30,312 nucleotides of DNA from a virus (Duplodnaviria > Caudoviricetes), in the IMG/VR virus record IMGVR_UViG_3300030372_003045, positions 1-30,312 of that record. The stretch is one strand, 5' to 3'. The notes below the pieces were generated by a model that saw nothing but the letters and a program-made list of their open reading frames with translations, did no database searches and was not told the DNA's origin. The translations under genes and the position numbers were made by a program. This document shows positions 26,183-30,312 of the stretch, piece after piece; position 1 is the first letter of the stretch, and every line of letters begins with the position of its first letter.

Positions 26183-26995
26183 TTATGTATTGTTGTCGAG
26201 GACTTCATAGACACCGTTATCATTGATAACGACAGCGCCCATGGACATCATCGATGTGGTGAGGTGGGATACCTTCTCGGGTATGTAGTTCAATTCGGTA
26301 GAGACTTCAGAGTTCACACCAATACCTACAGCAGAGGTATGGTATGCCATATTCTTACCGGCAGTAACTGCACTGGTTGAGAAGATATTGAAACCAAGGA
26401 ATTGCTTCATGGTCATGCCACCAGCAAACGGAAGATTCTGCTCACCAACAAAGTCAGACGATGCAAACTCGTTGATGGCAAAAAGATCGGCATATCCTTT
26501 TGGATGCATGGCAAGATAGCGACTACCATCTTCCGGCACATCGTTGGAACCGAATGTCTCAAACAATGACAACAGATCGGCCTTTGCAAGGGCAGACCCG
26601 GTATCATGGATTTGAGTGCTGTTAGCGCCGGAATCCATTGCCGCATAGATTAATTCGTCAGTCTTACGACCAAGAGCAGCAGCAGCAGATTGAGCCACAG
26701 CCTGACGCTCATCGATGTTGGTCTTCAACTCATCGAGTTTATCTATATACTCGGCAGCATAGTAATCTTCCATCGTGCTTTCGACGGTTGTATGCACCAG
26801 CTCCATTGGAGTAACGGAACCGTTGCGGCTCTTCGTAGAAGCAGAACCAGTACCGATTTTCTGGAAACGAACAGTGTTTCCACTCACTTGCGTATTACGG
26901 ATTGTGTTCTTTAGCTTTGAACCCATACGCTGATACGCCATGTGAACTTCGGACTCGAACTGCTTAATGAATGCGACATCAATTGTGTTCGCCAT
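26183..26995 (-). CDS. Major capsid protein
   Basis: AFIKQFE.EVH.AYQ..GSKL, F..IG.G and A.ALGR..DE.I motifs; position after the scaffold. Confidence 0.92.
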   Translation of the reverse strand: MANTIDVAFIKQFESEVHMAYQRMGSKLKNTIRNTQVSGNTVRFQKIGTGSASTKSRNGSVTPMELVHTTVESTMEDYYAAEYIDKLDELKTNIDERQAVAQSAAAALGRKTDELIYAAMDSGANSTQIHDTGSALAKADLLSLFETFGSNDVPEDGSRYLAMHPKGYADLFAINEFASSDFVGEQNLPFAGGMTMKQFLGFNIFSTSAVTAGKNMAYHTSAVGIGVNSEVSTELNYIPEKVSHLTTSMMSMGAVVINDNGVYEVLDNNT

Positions 26996-27069
26996 TATTA
27001 CAGTCCTTCCTGCATAAATGCAGTTAGAGTTTTACCAAAGATCGGTTGTCCGCTTCGCTCTTCATCTGG

Positions 27070-27633
27070 TTATCCTAGAGGGCCATCAGTTAGACGCGGG
27101 CCGTCGTTACCTTCGAATGACACTGAATACTCTGGTCCGCAACGCACAAATCTTAACACCGAGTAGCCATTGATCATTGTTGGCTCTGTTGAAAACATAA
27201 AGCCAAGCCGCGCCAGCCACTCAATCGTTTTGACATGATCCAGTGGCACCACATTTTCCAACAGGTCATATTGCGTCTGGAAATGATCGACCATGCTAAT
27301 CACCATCTTGTGAAAGTTTTTAGCGTGATCTTCGATGGCCGCAGAGCCTAACAGCCAGATGGACCCGATGCAGTAGTCATCTTCTTGTGTAAGAGGCATT
27401 ACACCGCCCATACAGATAGGCGTCTCATCAACAAGGGCTGCATAAGTCTCAGCCCCTTTAACTGTTAAAGGATGGTGTAAAGCACGCCACGGCGTTGCAC
27501 CGTGTATCATACACTCGCGCACATCTGTCAGCCGGAGGAAGTGCTGAAGTTTGCCAGCATGCATAGCTGTGGCGCGCTCTACGATTATGTCGCCAAACCG
27601 GCTATTGTTGATAAAGCTTGGCAAAGCCGTCAT
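27070..27633 (-). CDS. GNAT-fold protein (T7 gp13/DUF2833-like)
   Basis: LR..D.REC...G....AL...GV...IWLLGS...LENVV.....TI.WL..LGF motifs. Confidence 0.75.
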   Translation of the reverse strand: MTALPSFINNSRFGDIIVERATAMHAGKLQHFLRLTDVRECMIHGATPWRALHHPLTVKGAETYAALVDETPICMGGVMPLTQEDDYCIGSIWLLGSAAIEDHAKNFHKMVISMVDHFQTQYDLLENVVPLDHVKTIEWLARLGFMFSTEPTMINGYSVLRFVRCGPEYSVSFEGNDGPRLTDGPLG

Positions 27634-28327
27634 TCACTTGCTTGATGTAACCCTGATCCCTGCTTCCCTGTTTCCAGTAGCGTTCATCATTCATCATATT
27701 GCGCAACTCATCTTCATTAAGTTGTGCAGCAGGCGCTGTATTACCCTGCACGACTGGCACATTGATTGTGGACATGATCTTTTCCAGTGCCTGAATGCCG
27801 GAAGCAGATTGCCCAAGCCGCTCTATGGCTTCATATTGCGCATCATCGAAAAACTGATCTGCCCATAAGCGCACAGCTTCAATGCGAGCATCAGCATTCT
27901 CACCCAATGCTTTGTGTTCGTTTTCAAGATTGGGCATGTCCGCATTAAGCGCTTCGGCATATTTCTGAATGCCAGCTTCAAACTTCTCCTGCCCATATCC
28001 GTTGTCATATGAGAATTGCGCCCACCAATTCAGCAAATCATTACTGACGGCTTCTTCTTCATTGAGGTTTTCGGGCAGCTGATAGTCGCCAACAGTTGCT
28101 GGCCGGTCCTGCCACTGCTCCTGATGCAACTCATCTTTTATGGAAGCGCGTAATTCTTCATCGCTTTTGCCAAGCTTTGTTTCCAAATGAGAGTAGGAAG
28201 ATACCAGATCTTCCGGGGTTTTAAATTTTTCTGGCAACCACTCTGGCCGTTCAACGCCTCCAGATTGGCTACCGTCAACAGGTGCTTCAGCTGCTTCTGC
28301 AACTTCCACATTATCTGCTTCATCCAT
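27602..28327 (-). CDS. Capsid scaffolding protein
   Basis: RPEWLPEKF....L..SY..LE.KLG and M.D.RYW motifs; acidic. ATG at 28327. Confidence 0.88.
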   Translation of the reverse strand: MDEADNVEVAEAAEAPVDGSQSGGVERPEWLPEKFKTPEDLVSSYSHLETKLGKSDEELRASIKDELHQEQWQDRPATVGDYQLPENLNEEEAVSNDLLNWWAQFSYDNGYGQEKFEAGIQKYAEALNADMPNLENEHKALGENADARIEAVRLWADQFFDDAQYEAIERLGQSASGIQALEKIMSTINVPVVQGNTAPAAQLNEDELRNMMNDERYWKQGSRDQGYIKQVNDGFAKLYQQ

Positions 28328-28577
28328 CTTTGATCCTCTTTGCATGGTTGATACGTCGCTCAATAAGACCGACAAGATATCGCTGACCCTCCAAATGTCG
28401 GAGTTCAGCGTCACTTACATTCGCACCAGTGACTGCTTCAATGGTAATCGAACGCAAATATTTCAGCACTTCCTTGCCATTCGGCGTGCTGAATAAGGAT
28501 GCTGTATCTAATGAAATCTTGTTGTCCGCGTTTTCTGCGCGTGCAAACCCATCAAGTCGGAGGCGGTGCCCCGGCAT
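28320..28577 (-). CDS. Bbp19-like protein
   Basis: F.TP.G.EVL.YLRSIT...LRHLEGQR..V..I motif, between portal and scaffold. Confidence 0.8.
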   Translation of the reverse strand: MPGHRLRLDGFARAENADNKISLDTASLFSTPNGKEVLKYLRSITIEAVTGANVSDAELRHLEGQRYLVGLIERRINHAKRIKDG

Positions 28578-30099
28578 CTGCTACTCCCTGCATCTGCTGC
28601 ATCTGCTGCATTTGTTGCATGGCTTGCATGATCTGCTCACGCTCACCAGCATCCCTAATCAAGCTGTCAGGCACACCAAATTTCTTAGCCAAGAATGTGG
28701 CTGTTTCTTCTGAAGACACCAGAAGATTCACCATCTCAGGACCAAAGCGCATGCCAACCATTTCCAAGAAACGATCAACGGATGCGATATCCTGATTGGC
28801 TTGTGCCTGTGCAAGTGGAGATACAGAGCGCACTTTGACTTCCCGGCCATTGATGACTGGCATATCAATGCGTCCCTGTTTCTTTAATATATATACAACC
28901 CGTTGCAAAACGGGCTGGATAAACTCAGCCTGTAATCGTCCGAAGGCGGAGCCGATGCGCCGGGAAAGGTCGGCCATCCGCTCCGCTACTTCGGTGGCTG
29001 TTGCTGGCGTCTTGTTGGGATCACCAAGCATATCATTGTAAAGCGCACGTTTGATGTTGTTGCGCATGTCGCTCAGAATGAGGTTGGCCACATCAAAGGA
29101 ACCAGCAGCACGGATAGGCTGCAAACCTGCGCTTGTTGGAGATTTCGGGATGATTGTACCCGGCACCAAATTGATGGAATCGGTATTGATTACTCCATCA
29201 TCGTCCATTTGGTAGATGCCGGATATCGCCATCTGCGCATTCTCAAGCACAAGTTCGATAGTGAGGTTCGTTGTCTTGATTGCGCTGAGTGAATTAACAA
29301 GTGGCCCGCGTCCGTAAACTTCGCCCGCCGCCTTTGACCAGCGGAAACAAACAAAAGGATTTGACCCAGCACCCTCGAAGATCTCCTCATAAATTGTTTC
29401 CTTGCTTTCCTTTTCAATGACATAGAACGCATTGCGCTCGACATTGGGCTTGTCATACATGCGGCAGACGACTTCCAAGATTTTAATCTTCTTGTCGGGC
29501 TGGCGCATAATCCGGTCAGTCAGAGGCTTGGAAAGTTGAGCCTTTGGGTAAGCAATAGGTAGATCACGATTGCGTAACTCGCGCTCTCGATACACATGAT
29601 CGATACGGTCATCAGGACCGTTTTCAAGTACGATCTGTGGGAGAGGTACTGCATTAAACCGTACAGGATTGATTGCATCGCCTTCTTCAACAAGAAGGCA
29701 ACCTGTTCCAACGGCCAGATCAAGGAAGCTTTCATGCGCTTCCTGTCCAAAGTTGGAGTTCTGTATGACTTCGAATACATACTCAGTTACCTCATCAAGT
29801 TCATTATTGATGCGATCACTGTCGTTGTTTGCGACTTCGCTTCCGGCAACAAAGTCAGCCCATCGTGCAAAGTTCGGGCAGATGCCGTTCTGAAGACGCG
29901 ATGCGAATTCCTGCACCCCGACAACAGCTGTCTCATCGAAGATACGATCATCGCGCCGTTGACCCGGTGTCAGGTTTGTAAACCCTTCACGCTGCGGCAG
30001 AGCATACTCGTAACACTCATCAAACAGGTTTTCAAAAAGCAGACGATGCGACTTAGCCTTATCGTACCGCTCAAGATAATTCTTGGCCGAGCCGTGCAT
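28552..30099 (-). CDS. Portal (head-to-tail connector)
   Basis: YALPQR, FD.TA, GTG, RW....GE.YGRGP, TATEV.ER and SPLA.AQ motifs. Confidence 0.95.
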   Translation of the reverse strand: MHGSAKNYLERYDKAKSHRLLFENLFDECYEYALPQREGFTNLTPGQRRDDRIFDETAVVGVQEFASRLQNGICPNFARWADFVAGSEVANNDSDRINNELDEVTEYVFEVIQNSNFGQEAHESFLDLAVGTGCLLVEEGDAINPVRFNAVPLPQIVLENGPDDRIDHVYRERELRNRDLPIAYPKAQLSKPLTDRIMRQPDKKIKILEVVCRMYDKPNVERNAFYVIEKESKETIYEEIFEGAGSNPFVCFRWSKAAGEVYGRGPLVNSLSAIKTTNLTIELVLENAQMAISGIYQMDDDGVINTDSINLVPGTIIPKSPTSAGLQPIRAAGSFDVANLILSDMRNNIKRALYNDMLGDPNKTPATATEVAERMADLSRRIGSAFGRLQAEFIQPVLQRVVYILKKQGRIDMPVINGREVKVRSVSPLAQAQANQDIASVDRFLEMVGMRFGPEMVNLLVSSEETATFLAKKFGVPDSLIRDAGEREQIMQAMQQMQQMQQMQGVADAGAPPPT

Positions 30100-30141
30100 T
30101 ACTTACTTCTTTCTAATGAGTATCAATTTTAGATATTTCCC

Positions 30142-30198
30142 TTACAACGCGTCTTTTTTCAAAGAAAGCAATGAAGGTGGGCCTACTTTTTTTGTCAT
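30142..30198 (-). CDS. Mini-ORF (18 aa, MTKKVGPPSLLSLKKDAL)
   Basis: TAATG coupling and an AAGGA RBS. The frame stays open for 12 more codons after the TAA. Confidence 0.35.
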   Translation of the reverse strand: MTKKVGPPSLLSLKKDAL

Positions 30199-30311
30199 TA
30201 CATATCCTTGTATTGATTGTAAAAGCCAATGCCGCCGCTTTGCCCGGTGAGCAGAGAGCGGATGCCAGTACCTTTTTTGCGCTTTGATGCCATCTCTTCA
30301 ACGCGCTCATC
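30198..30311 (-). CDS. C-terminus of a small pre-portal virion protein (partial)
   Basis: ...KRKKGTGIRSLLTGQSGGIGFYNQYKDM*. The G.RSLL.G..GG motif is typical of this position. Confidence 0.7.
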   Translation of the reverse strand, partial: DERVEEMASKRKKGTGIRSLLTGQSGGIGFYNQYKDM

Positions 30312-30312
30312 C

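Noticed and set aside
26170-26230. T7 10A/10B-type capsid frameshift
   Set aside because: No slippery heptamer near the capsid stop, and the next gene has its own strong RBS.
28589-28630. 9-bp tandem repeat as a CRISPR or contingency locus
   Set aside because: It encodes the low-complexity MQQ tail of the portal and has no spacers.
30113-30310. 65-aa ORF from the track
   Set aside because: Another frame gives the recognisable RSLLTG..GG protein ending at 30198.

Overview
A near-complete, apparently non-integrated temperate podophage genome, probably infecting a marine alphaproteobacterium (host is inferred). The minus strand carries a T7/BPP-1-like virion module: portal, Bbp19-like protein, scaffold, GNAT-like protein, major capsid, decoration protein, tail tubular A/B, three internal virion proteins, fibres, holin and lysozyme. 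terS and small late genes lie at the left edge. The plus strand carries a lambdoid-style early region: cI/cro switch, resolvase-like nuclease, HTH replication initiator with iterons, YqaJ exonuclease, ERF, SSB, xis and a tyrosine integrase. No RNA polymerase, DNA polymerase or terL is visible; terL presumably lies outside the window. The most interesting signals are non-coding: (1) a ~450-nt densely folded region ahead of the first early gene; (2) a TGCA-N4-TGCA operator dispersed genome-wide; (3) a TGTGCG box upstream of late genes; (4) divergent promoters sharing one palindromic -35; (5) an attP carrying the 5' half of tRNA-Thr(GGU) plus a candidate replacement promoter; (6) several small structured RNA-like elements. 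Product calls come from recalled motifs and synteny, not database searches.
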